Assembly: GCA_963775465.1 (NCBI GenBank)
Contig: CAVZIW010000002.1
Coordinates: forward strand, 64,110-128,109
Direction of reading: 5' to 3'
DNA: 64,000 bases
Source: Candidatus Bathyarchaeota archaeon
Lineage (GTDB): Archaea > Thermoproteota > Bathyarchaeia > Bathyarchaeales > Bathycorpusculaceae
Below the pieces are notes generated by a model, which saw only the letters and a list, made by a program, of their open reading frames with translations, did no database searches and was not told where the DNA came from. Each line of letters opens with the position of its first letter. The first letter of the stretch is position 1. The position numbers and the translations under genes were made by a program. Positions 49,357-58,478 of the stretch are shown in pieces.

Positions 49357-49902
49357 ATGAAAGCTTTAGTAATTTATGGATCAAGATGGGGAGGAACTGT
49401 TGCTGTGGCACAAAAAATAGGTAGCGTTCTTGCAGAGGAACATTATACTGTTGATATAGTTAATGTCAAGGAGAAATCACCAGATCTTGCAGTATATGAC
49501 CTTGTTATTGTGGGTAGCGGTATAAGAGCTGATAAATGGACTAAAGAAACTCTGACTTTTCTAGAAAAAAACGCGAAACAATTGAAAGACAAAAAGACCG
49601 CTTTGTTTGTGAGTTGCCAAATGGCAGATCGCCCAGAAAAAGAAGTTTATGACAAGGCAAAAAATCAATATCTCGAAGAAACCGCCCTGCGATATGGATT
49701 ACAACCTATTTTATACGGTTTTTTTGGCGGATTCATGGATTTTTCCCAGAGCCACGGTTTGATTGTGGACATTATGATTAGAGTTAACCGAAAGAGTCTG
49801 CGTAAGAACGGCTTGGACACACGGAAAGTACGCGATACTCGAAATTGGTCTACCATAACTTCTTGGACTCGTCAAACAGCAAAATTAGCTAAACAAAAAT
49901 GA
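49357..49902 (+). CDS. flavodoxin-domain protein (HemG/Flavodoxin_5-like)
   Basis: VIYGSRWGGT, YDLVIVGSGI, FFGG, DTRNW. Confidence 0.82.
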   Translation: MKALVIYGSRWGGTVAVAQKIGSVLAEEHYTVDIVNVKEKSPDLAVYDLVIVGSGIRADKWTKETLTFLEKNAKQLKDKKTALFVSCQMADRPEKEVYDKAKNQYLEETALRYGLQPILYGFFGGFMDFSQSHGLIVDIMIRVNRKSLRKNGLDTRKVRDTRNWSTITSWTRQTAKLAKQK

Positions 49903-50096
49903 AAACAACGATTCTGAAATCTTTTTTCCCTTTTCCATTAATTGTTGCATGAACAATTTTTTGTTTTTTTAAGAATGACCTTCCTTTTTCTTAATTTGTT
50001 TCATGATACTTGGTGAAAATAGTTATAAACAAGAAACATGTACGCATAGACGACTAAGATTAGAAACAATTTGGGGTCTAAAGCAGGTTAGAACGC

Positions 50097-51035
50097 ATGA
50101 AAATACTGAAAAAAATAACATTTATCACGCTTATTGCTTTGCTGTCAATTTCAGCCTTGGGTATTTTAAACTCAGCAAAAGCAGCCTCAGACGTTGACTA
50201 TCAAATTACTATTTCAGCTAACAATAAAGGCGTATCAGAAGATGCTTCATACACATTCATCCTTAGTAACACAGGTACGGACAATTTAGCTGCTATTAAC
50301 ATTACAGTCCCCGCATATTCACCAGGCGGATATATGAATATCCAAAACCTCGCGGTAACCCAACAACCCCCTTCACAAACATGGAATATTACTCACGATA
50401 ATGGATTTATTCTTCTTTCAGATTCCCAAGGGCTAAGCACAGGGCAGACTTTAACCTTTATTTTTGACGCAAAAAATCCACAATTGGCCGGAATTTATCA
50501 ATGGAATATTGCAGGAAGCAACGAAACCGGTGCAGCAGCGCTAAATGCTCCCCAAACAACAATAACCGCCACTTCTCTAGTTGACATAACTACAATTTTG
50601 CCCGCCCTTGCAATCATGGGGATAGCTGGAGCAATTGCAATTCTTAACTCAGGACTTAACAGAGTATTGATAAATTACTTTATCGGATGGCGACAATATC
50701 GGGTAATGCAGAAAGAAATGGCTGAGTACCGTTCAGAAACTATGGCAGCGGCCCGTGCCAACGATAAAAAACAAATGGAAAAACTTAAGAAAAAACAATC
50801 GCAAATCAACGCAATGCAAGGGAAAATGATGAAACCCCAGATGGTACAGTTTGGAATATCTTTTCTCTATATTATTGTTTGGTTCTTAGTTCTTACACCC
50901 ACTTTCGGGGGAACTAGCATGGCATTCATCCCTGGCTTTGGTCCTATTTCGGTGTTTTATTTGTATCCAATATTCTCTTTGTTTCTTGGATTAATATCAT
51001 CACGCATAATAGGAATAATGCCAATAGAGCAGTAA
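50097..51035 (+). CDS. DUF106/EMC3-TMCO1 (Oxa1 superfamily) protein fused to a secreted beta-rich domain
   Basis: Signal peptide, then ~135 aa Thr/Asn-rich beta domain, then TM, coiled coil (MQKEMAEYR...KKQMEKLKKKQ...MMKPQ) and two TMs. Sits in the conserved slot between secY and cmk. Confidence 0.8.
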   Translation: MKILKKITFITLIALLSISALGILNSAKAASDVDYQITISANNKGVSEDASYTFILSNTGTDNLAAINITVPAYSPGGYMNIQNLAVTQQPPSQTWNITHDNGFILLSDSQGLSTGQTLTFIFDAKNPQLAGIYQWNIAGSNETGAAALNAPQTTITATSLVDITTILPALAIMGIAGAIAILNSGLNRVLINYFIGWRQYRVMQKEMAEYRSETMAAARANDKKQMEKLKKKQSQINAMQGKMMKPQMVQFGISFLYIIVWFLVLTPTFGGTSMAFIPGFGPISVFYLYPIFSLFLGLISSRIIGIMPIEQ

Positions 51036-51062
51036 ATAAAACCCGAATTGAAGGTTACTAAG

Positions 51063-51677
51063 ATGCAAAAGGAAAAAAAATGTTTTGCTAATAAGACGAC
51101 TGTTCTTTGTATCTCTGGTATGGCAGGAACAGGAAAAAGCACGCTATCAAAAAAACTTGCTGAAAAATACGGCCTTAAATATTACTCAGGTGGTGATGCA
51201 CTTAAAGCCTTAGCGAAAGATGAAGGCTACGAAGTATCCATGGAAGGATGGTGGGAAAGCCCAACTGGCTTAAAATTTCTAAAAGAAAGATCTAACGACT
51301 CAAAATTCGATAAGCAAGTTGATGATAAACTAATAGGATTTGCGAATCAAGGTAACGCTCTTCTGGATAGCTGGACAATGCCCTGGCTAATTGAAGGTGG
51401 TTTCAAAATTTGGCTGCAGGCTTCGATCGAAAAAAGGGCGGCAAGAGTTGCTGTTAGAGACAAAATGACTACTAAACAAGCTTTTAAAGTCCTAAAAGAA
51501 AAAGAAGTTCGTACAAAAGCCATTTACAAGGAATTATATGGTTTTGAGTTGGGCAACGATTTTAAGCCTTTCGATTTGATCTTAGACACCGATAATTTGA
51601 GTGCTCAAGAAGTTTTTTTGGTTCTGTGCAAAGTCATCGATAATTTGGTTTTCACAGATGAGCAGCTAACTTCTTGA
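51063..51677 (+). CDS. cmk: cytidylate kinase (archaeal type)
   Basis: ISGMAGTGKST, DKQVDD, KIWLQAS, YKELYG, DLILDT. Confidence 0.9.
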   Translation: MQKEKKCFANKTTVLCISGMAGTGKSTLSKKLAEKYGLKYYSGGDALKALAKDEGYEVSMEGWWESPTGLKFLKERSNDSKFDKQVDDKLIGFANQGNALLDSWTMPWLIEGGFKIWLQASIEKRAARVAVRDKMTTKQAFKVLKEKEVRTKAIYKELYGFELGNDFKPFDLILDTDNLSAQEVFLVLCKVIDNLVFTDEQLTS

Positions 51678-51780
51678 TAATGCACTTCTTAGGCAATTAT
51701 CTTACAGACATTTTATAAACAAAAGACTACAAATTAGCTTTTCCTGACAATCTATATCATTGATACGGAAGGAGAAATAA

Positions 51781-52179
51781 GTGAAAACTTTAAACCACAT
51801 TGGAACGGTTTTGCTTGTTGAAGCTATTGTTCTTTGTGTTATTGCTTCTTTTCGCCTAATTAATCCTTTATCTGCAGCTATCCAGTCTTTGGCAACCCTT
51901 TTAGTTTTTAACATTATCTTTTTGACTCTATTTTTTCAACTTGATGGAAAACTAAACTTTAAACTTCTCCTTATCGTATTTGGAAATTTTATAGGTTTAT
52001 GCTGGACTTTTATTTTTCATGGTCTCAGCGTAGCTGGAGCTACATTTTTTGGATCCGCGTTCAACCACCTTAGCTTAATATTCTTTCCTTTTTTGAGTTC
52101 ACTTTGGATAGTTTCCTTTTGGTCTTTAAGCATAACTGTACTCCGTCGCAGTAACTTCTACGAGGAGTATCCAGTTTGA
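51781..52179 (+). CDS. hypothetical four-TM membrane protein
   Basis: Highly hydrophobic; overlaps the start of the downstream GT2. Confidence 0.65.
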   Translation: MKTLNHIGTVLLVEAIVLCVIASFRLINPLSAAIQSLATLLVFNIIFLTLFFQLDGKLNFKLLLIVFGNFIGLCWTFIFHGLSVAGATFFGSAFNHLSLIFFPFLSSLWIVSFWSLSITVLRRSNFYEEYPV

Positions 52180-53477
52180 TTTTAGAAGTTCTCGAATTTT
52201 TTTTCCTCATTCTAACTGCAGTTATGATAGCTTACCTGTTCAGGCACTACATTTTTACAATATCTGTGCTTAGATCCCTAAAAAAATCGCATTTTAAAAG
52301 ACAAGTTTCGTCATTTCAGCCAACTGTATCAATTTTGATTCCGGCTTCTAACGAGGAAAAGGTTATCGGGCGTCTGTTGAAGCGAATAACAAATTTTACT
52401 TATCCCAAAGAAAAATTGCAAGTAATAGTAATAGATGATGCTTCAAATGATCGAACAGGCGAAATCGCTGATGATTTCAAAAACAAGTACCCTTTCGTGG
52501 AAGTTGTGCACAGAAGTGTAAATGTAGGGAGAAAAGGAAAAGCATCTGCGATGAACCATGGTTTTGAGTCAGTAAAGAATGATATAGTTCTTTGTTTTGA
52601 TGCCGATTATTACCCTCAAAATGACATAGTGGAGAATCTGATACAAGTATTTGATGACCCAAAGGTTGGTGCTGTTCAAGGCAGAGTTGTTGTCTTGAAT
52701 GAACCTCAGAACCTTGTAACACGAATAGTTGCGCTGGAACGAACGGGAGGATACCGAGTTGACCAAGAAGCTCGTAGCATGTTAAATTTAATTACCCAGT
52801 TTGGAGGAACAGTCGGAGGTTTTAGAAGAAGTGTTCTAATAGAACTGGGAGGTTGGAATGAGTCTATTCTTGCGGAAGACACAGATTTAACCTTCAGGGT
52901 TTACTTGGCTGGTTATAAAATTCGATATTGCGTCAACGCTGAGTGTTATGAAGAAGCGGTCGATAACTGGAACTCTTATTGGCATCAAAGATATCGCTGG
53001 GCAAAAGGGCACATGCAATGTTTCTTCAAGCATTCTGTTCCAGTTATGAAAAGCAAAAAACTTAGCGCTAAAGAAAAACTAGATGGCATAATGTTGTTAG
53101 GCGTCTATTTTATGCCTATTCTAGTTTTATTATCCATTTTTGTGGGCGTTCCGTTAATTTTTCAAGATTTGCTAGTAGTTGAAATAGGTTGGATAGCAAT
53201 TCCAATATCTCTCTACTGTTTTGTGGGCAACTTTGCGCCTTTTTTTGAAGTCGGAGCCGGACTGTATTTGGATGGTAGAACAAGAACTCAATGGCTGATT
53301 CCTCTTCTTTTATTCACCTTCTTATTTAACATACCAATATGCGTTAAAGCCTTCTTTTCGGTGGTTTATTGTAAATTTTTAAGAAAAAATCGACATGTCT
53401 GGGTTAAAACAACGCATTCTGGTAGTGGAAATTGTTATATTGATAATCAGAGTTTAAAGGGTGCCGATAAAAAATGA
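52176..53477 (+). CDS. processive GT2 glycosyltransferase (cellulose-synthase-like)
   Basis: DDASND, GKASAMN, FDAD, AEDTD, QRYRW; N- and C-terminal TMs. Confidence 0.92.
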   Translation: MILEVLEFFFLILTAVMIAYLFRHYIFTISVLRSLKKSHFKRQVSSFQPTVSILIPASNEEKVIGRLLKRITNFTYPKEKLQVIVIDDASNDRTGEIADDFKNKYPFVEVVHRSVNVGRKGKASAMNHGFESVKNDIVLCFDADYYPQNDIVENLIQVFDDPKVGAVQGRVVVLNEPQNLVTRIVALERTGGYRVDQEARSMLNLITQFGGTVGGFRRSVLIELGGWNESILAEDTDLTFRVYLAGYKIRYCVNAECYEEAVDNWNSYWHQRYRWAKGHMQCFFKHSVPVMKSKKLSAKEKLDGIMLLGVYFMPILVLLSIFVGVPLIFQDLLVVEIGWIAIPISLYCFVGNFAPFFEVGAGLYLDGRTRTQWLIPLLLFTFLFNIPICVKAFFSVVYCKFLRKNRHVWVKTTHSGSGNCYIDNQSLKGADKK

Positions 53478-53722
53478 TTGAAAGTTTTACCATTTTATTG
53501 ACTATGACAGTTGCTGCATGTGTTGTTGCTGGTGTTCTTCTTTTTTTGCCTGCTTTAATTGAGTTAAGAATTCCCAAGGATGCAGGGCCACGATTAATTG
53601 CGGATTCTGGCACTATTACCTCTATAAGTCAGCCTATTGCTGAAATAATCGGTTTTGAAGCAGGACCAAATTCTACTCCAAAGAGTCCAGGTGTATCTGA
53701 ATTGCTGGATGTGGATGTCTGA
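53474..53722 (+). CDS. small single-TM protein
   Basis: TM followed by LPALIELRIPKDAGPRLI; overlaps the GT2 stop. Confidence 0.6.
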   Translation: MIESFTILLTMTVAACVVAGVLLFLPALIELRIPKDAGPRLIADSGTITSISQPIAEIIGFEAGPNSTPKSPGVSELLDVDV

Positions 53723-53724
53723 AT

Positions 53725-54771
53725 TTACTTAAAGAGTAACTTGGCGTTTTTCCATTGATCAAAAGCCAATGATACATGTCCACTTGGGTTTCCATACATA
53801 GAATAAAAGACGTAGCATAAATAGTTGCATTGTGTGCAGTCATGGTATGTTTCTCGTAGCTGTTTGAATTCTTTGTTTTTCCATGCTTTTGGTAAATCAA
53901 ACACGGAACCGGCAAAATTGTGATTATGGCAACCTGCGATTCTACCCAAATGGTCGACAACTAAAAAGCTGTTTAATGCGCGACATTTCCATATTCGCTT
54001 TTCTTCATCATAGAGACTTCGGAGAGCTTCAAGTAGTTTGGTTGTCATTAAGATGTTTCTATTTTTCTTTTTCATCTCAATGAGGTCATTACATAGTTTA
54101 ACCATGGCGCGTTTATCTGTTATTACAAATTCGTCATTAGCTTTCCCGATTCGGAATAGTTGTTTACTATCGACTGAAGTATCATAGGAGTATAAGCAAT
54201 ACCAAACTGGGATTCCTTTCTGGGTAAAATGATTAGTAATGTCAACTATTTCATAGAGGTTTTTCTGGGAGATTGTGGGTGTAACACTTACCTTTATGCC
54301 TTCCTTGCGAAGAGTTTCAACTGCTTGGACGGCTTTCTTCCAGGCGCCAGGTACGCATTTAATGTAATCGTTCTTTGCTTCATCCAAACTGTCGATTGAT
54401 ATGGCAACGAAATCTACTTTTCGGAGGGCATCGATTTTTTTCTCAGCCATGCTTCCGTTGTCGTAAACTGTGGTGACGAAGAGTTTTGAGGCGTGTTCAA
54501 CTATCTGGTCAATGTCATCTCTTAGTAGGGGATCTCCACCTGAGAGAACCAACTCTATGATACCGAGCTTTTTTAGTATATTTAGTCCTCTTATAATTTC
54601 TTCAGTTGAAAGTTCATTTGGATCTTGTTCTTTCCAAACGTTGCATCCTACACATCTGTAGTTACACTTTCTTGTTACTAACCACTGGGCGTGATGGGGT
54701 TTTCCTGGCGTAATTGAACGTACCGCAATGGATGCTGCTTTCTTGTAACCTGATGTCAAATATAGTGTCAC
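53725..54771 (-). CDS. radical SAM protein with SPASM/twitch-like C-terminal domain
   Basis: CNYRCVGC, SGGDP, ISIDS, C-terminal C...C...CTQCNYLC. Confidence 0.9.
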   Translation of the reverse strand: MTLYLTSGYKKAASIAVRSITPGKPHHAQWLVTRKCNYRCVGCNVWKEQDPNELSTEEIIRGLNILKKLGIIELVLSGGDPLLRDDIDQIVEHASKLFVTTVYDNGSMAEKKIDALRKVDFVAISIDSLDEAKNDYIKCVPGAWKKAVQAVETLRKEGIKVSVTPTISQKNLYEIVDITNHFTQKGIPVWYCLYSYDTSVDSKQLFRIGKANDEFVITDKRAMVKLCNDLIEMKKKNRNILMTTKLLEALRSLYDEEKRIWKCRALNSFLVVDHLGRIAGCHNHNFAGSVFDLPKAWKNKEFKQLRETYHDCTQCNYLCYVFYSMYGNPSGHVSLAFDQWKNAKLLFK

Positions 54772-54981
54772 CAGCCGCTTATTGTTGTTACAGTTATCTC
54801 ATGTAGGAACTATAAAAACCATTATTAGGTTTTAGGTTGCTTTATCATTTTTATCTTGAATAGTTTTTTACATTTTCCGTAGTCACTGTTTGCGACTTCT
54901 TTTTGGCTTTGGAGGAGGGTTGTTTTTTTAAGGTTGGTTTGCATTCCCAATTTACGTTAACTGATCGGAAGTAGCGTTAGG

Positions 54982-55707
54982 ATGGATAGCTCGGTTGATG
55001 TTGTGCTTTTAACGTTTAACAGTGAGCGGATGCTTAAAGAATGCGTTCAGTCAATTTATGAAAGCGTCCCTGTTGGGCAACTTATTGTGGTGGATGGCTA
55101 TTCTATAGATAAAACTATTCCTATCCTAAACAAATTCAACGAAACGCATGGGAACATCAAAATCGTTTTCGACCGAGGCAACCGAGCCACCGCGCGGCAA
55201 AAAGGAATGAGCTATGTGTCGACTGATTGGTTCATGTTTGTTGACAGTGATGTTGTTTTGTGTAAGGGTTGGTATAAAAAAGCTCAGAAATACGCTAAAG
55301 CCAATGTTGGGGCTATCTGGGGAATTGAAGTTTGGTCAACAATTAAAAATCCGAAAACGTTAAAAATATTTCTTACTATAACTAGAAAAATTTTTGAGGT
55401 TCGAGGGGGTACGCATGACACTCTTATCCGCACAGATTTGATAAAAGACATTCGAATCCCAACAAACCTCCATGTTTTTGAAGATGCATATATTAAAGAA
55501 TGGATAACTTCGAGAGGATATCGTGTTGTAGCATGTTACGTTCCTTTTTGCATCCATTATCGACCTCAGAATGTTTGGACTTTTCGTGGAAGTTTGAATC
55601 TAGTGGCCGAGTCATTTTCTATTGGGCGTCCAAGTTTAGTTGGTAGGTTACTTCTGGCTTACGGGTTCTATGCATTTTATTCCTTTTACCAGTTGCTCTC
55701 AAAATAG
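54982..55707 (+). CDS. GT2 glycosyltransferase
   Basis: VDGYSID, FVDSD, FED. Confidence 0.88.
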   Translation: MDSSVDVVLLTFNSERMLKECVQSIYESVPVGQLIVVDGYSIDKTIPILNKFNETHGNIKIVFDRGNRATARQKGMSYVSTDWFMFVDSDVVLCKGWYKKAQKYAKANVGAIWGIEVWSTIKNPKTLKIFLTITRKIFEVRGGTHDTLIRTDLIKDIRIPTNLHVFEDAYIKEWITSRGYRVVACYVPFCIHYRPQNVWTFRGSLNLVAESFSIGRPSLVGRLLLAYGFYAFYSFYQLLSK

Positions 55708-55779
55708 AGGTTTTCTTGGGTTTAGGTTTTTAAGTCAACGCAACCTATAGACTGCGATGACTAATCAGGGGCGGGACTT

Positions 55780-56544
55780 ATGCAAGTTGACGTAGTACTG
55801 TTGACGAAGAATAGCGAGCATTTGCTTAGTCGGTGCTTGGCTTCTGTCTACGAAAACGTGCCTATAAAAAATCTCATAGTTATCGATGGTTTTTCCTCTG
55901 ATCACACACTTGAAATATTGTCTGGCTTTAACCGGAAGTATAGAAATGTTTCTTTGATCCAAATGCATGGTTCAAGGGCTAAAGCACGAACTGAAGGCAT
56001 TAGTCGTGTATCGACAGAATGGTTCATGTTTGTTGATAGTGATGTTTTGCTCTGCAAAGACTGGTTTAAAAAAGCCCAAGCTGATATAAGTGGCGGTGTG
56101 GGTGCGGTTTGGGGCTTAAATATTGATGTAATCCCAAACGTTAAAAACAAACATGCACTAAAATTGCAGAGCTTAGTTGCTAGAACATGTTTTTATTTGC
56201 GTGGTGGAATGCATGATACCCTTATTCTCCATAAGGCAGTGGCGGGAATCAAGATTCCTGAACAATTACATGCATACGAGGATGCCTTCATTGTGCAGTG
56301 GATAAACGATCATGGTTACAAGGCAATCGTTGGCAGTCATGTTTATTGTTTGCATTATAAGCCGCCAGATAATTGGAATCTGAAAAATGGTATTGCTCAA
56401 GCTATCGTAGAGTTGAAATGTGGTTTGGTTTATTCACATCTGTTTGAGTACATAATTTTTTATCCAGTGTTTTTCTTGTATTGGAGTTTGCAGTTACCTC
56501 TTAGCGGTTTCAGAAATGGTTCAACGCGACAGAGCAAGCCATAA
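55780..56544 (+). CDS. GT2 glycosyltransferase, tandem paralogue
   Basis: IDGFSSD, WFMFVDSD, RGGMHDTLI, YED; collinear with the previous gene. Confidence 0.88.
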   Translation: MQVDVVLLTKNSEHLLSRCLASVYENVPIKNLIVIDGFSSDHTLEILSGFNRKYRNVSLIQMHGSRAKARTEGISRVSTEWFMFVDSDVLLCKDWFKKAQADISGGVGAVWGLNIDVIPNVKNKHALKLQSLVARTCFYLRGGMHDTLILHKAVAGIKIPEQLHAYEDAFIVQWINDHGYKAIVGSHVYCLHYKPPDNWNLKNGIAQAIVELKCGLVYSHLFEYIIFYPVFFLYWSLQLPLSGFRNGSTRQSKP

Positions 56545-57528
56545 GTGGTCTGAAACTGGTCTTGGTAAAATCTCTGCGGAGTCGTCTTTGTGAATTAATA
56601 AGCGTTTGTTTGGGTTCGGGTTGAACTCTCCTATTACGTCGGCGTAGATGTGTTTTTTGCAGAGGGCGTCGATTATTTTGTCTTCAGCTTTAGGGTCAGC
56701 GGAAATAAGCAATGCGCCTGAGCTAATGAGTTGTAAGGGATCGATTTCATAGAACCTGCAGATTTTTGCGGTTTCAGGTTCAACAGTTATTTTTTCTTCA
56801 AATACCCGCACTCCTAAGTTTGCAGCGTCTGCCATTTCATGAATCCCATTTAGGATACCCCCCTCAGTTGGGTCGTGCATAGCGTTAACTCCGCCTACGC
56901 TATAAGCGGTTAATGCGTCTTTTACGACGCTTATTTGATTGTAGAATCCCTTGGCGCTCTCGAGAATTGCTGGACTAAATGTTTTGGAAAGTTGCGTTTG
57001 TCTGTCGGTGGCTAATATGGCGGTGCCTTCAATTCCTGCGCTTTTGGTTAAAATAAGTTTATCACCGGCTTGTGCGCCGGATGCTGTAACGTATTTACCT
57101 TTTTCTGTTAATCCCATTATACAGCCTACTACGATTGGGTTAGTTAGGCCAGGTGTTGATTCGCAGTGTCCGCCTACGATTGCTATTCCGAGTTCTTTTG
57201 CAGCCATATTCATCTGGTTGCTTATGCTTTCGACGATTTTGCTGTCAGCGCCCTCTGGAAGCATTATGCATGAAAAGAAGAAGGCTGGTTCAACTCCAAA
57301 GGTGGCGACATCGTTGGCGTTAATGTTGATGGCTTCCCAACCTACATGTTCGACTGCGCCTGTGATGGGGTCCATGGAGACGATTGCGTTTTTGTTGCCA
57401 AAATCTAATACAGCGCCGTCTACTCCGGCGGCTGGTCCCAAGATTACTTCTTTGCGTTCGGCTCCAAGGTTCTTGAAGACGACTTCTTTTAAGATCTCGA
57501 TCGGGATTTTTCCAGGAGGAAGTTTCAT
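56521..57528 (-). CDS. AIR synthase (PurM/HypE)-related protein
   Basis: GK..., GVDGAV, SMDPITG, NANDVAT, GGHCE, MHDPTEGG; lacks the HypE C-terminal PRIC. Confidence 0.85.
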   Translation of the reverse strand: MKLPPGKIPIEILKEVVFKNLGAERKEVILGPAAGVDGAVLDFGNKNAIVSMDPITGAVEHVGWEAININANDVATFGVEPAFFFSCIMLPEGADSKIVESISNQMNMAAKELGIAIVGGHCESTPGLTNPIVVGCIMGLTEKGKYVTASGAQAGDKLILTKSAGIEGTAILATDRQTQLSKTFSPAILESAKGFYNQISVVKDALTAYSVGGVNAMHDPTEGGILNGIHEMADAANLGVRVFEEKITVEPETAKICRFYEIDPLQLISSGALLISADPKAEDKIIDALCKKHIYADVIGEFNPNPNKRLLIHKDDSAEILPRPVSDHLWLALSR

Positions 57529-57541
57529 AGCTTATTCTCTG

Positions 57542-58111
57542 TTAAATCTGGCTTTTAAGTTGTGGGAAAATACGTAAAATTGCATGCACGATTGGTACAG
57601 CAATTACTAGTCCGATTAGCATTTGTATTATGTTAAATGGTACTTCTGCGGCTGCCAAAGCGGTGGGGTAACCTAAAACCAGAGTCTCATAGATGAAATA
57701 ACCAATTACCATTTCGAGTCCACCGACTATTATAGCAATTGTTGCGCTTACAGTTAGGTTTTTTAATTTCTTGTTAATTTTTTTTGTTAAGAATCCTGCT
57801 AGAAAACCTTCAATGGCTTTTATGGTTGCCGTTCCTGGGGCAAATTGTGCTGCTACAAGTATATCGGCAATGGATGCGCCTGCGCCTGCAATTGTGCCGA
57901 CTAAAGGTCCGAAGAGTAAGGCTGCGACGTAGATGAGGGTCTCGCCAAGATTAAAGTATCCGCTTGTAGCTGGAATTGGAACAACAAAGAGTAAGGTTGC
58001 TGTGGCAACCAGTGCTGCAAAGATGGCTGCTGCAGCGATTTTGAATGCTGCTGATGGAGTGAAATTAGTTGTCTTTTTGCTTATGGGAACAGGTTCAGTC
58101 ATTGATATCAC
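57542..58111 (-). CDS. ECF transporter S component
   Basis: AIFAALV...IPATSGYFNLGE...LLFGP, GYFIYE, PFNIIQ. Confidence 0.88.
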   Translation of the reverse strand: MISMTEPVPISKKTTNFTPSAAFKIAAAAIFAALVATATLLFVVPIPATSGYFNLGETLIYVAALLFGPLVGTIAGAGASIADILVAAQFAPGTATIKAIEGFLAGFLTKKINKKLKNLTVSATIAIIVGGLEMVIGYFIYETLVLGYPTALAAAEVPFNIIQMLIGLVIAVPIVHAILRIFPQLKSQI

Positions 58112-58478
58112 AGTGTTATAGTTTGGGTACTTATCTGCAAAGCCTCTAAAAAAGCTTCACTAACCTAATGTTAAACAGGATTAATTGTATTAAATTTGCG
58201 CCAAAGTCAACTGCAAGAGTCTATTTTTCTTTTTTTAAGTTAAACCCAACGAGCTTGTTCTGGTTAAAACAAAGGACTATTCAGCTTTGGTGTAACCGAA
58301 AGAATAGTATTTCCAAATGCACGCAAAAAACATCGATCACTTGGGGCAGACTAAAGCGCGGAAGACTTCAACTATGCGGGGCGAAATTAATTCCTGTTTG
58401 AACTATAACTATCAAGTAAAATTCCAACATAATTCTTAATTACCGCGTTTGCCAATGAGTTGGCGAGGTAATATTTGA

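Noticed and set aside
58317-58439. 40-aa uORF upstream of ilvC
   Set aside because: No enrichment of Val/Ile/Leu codons and no SD.
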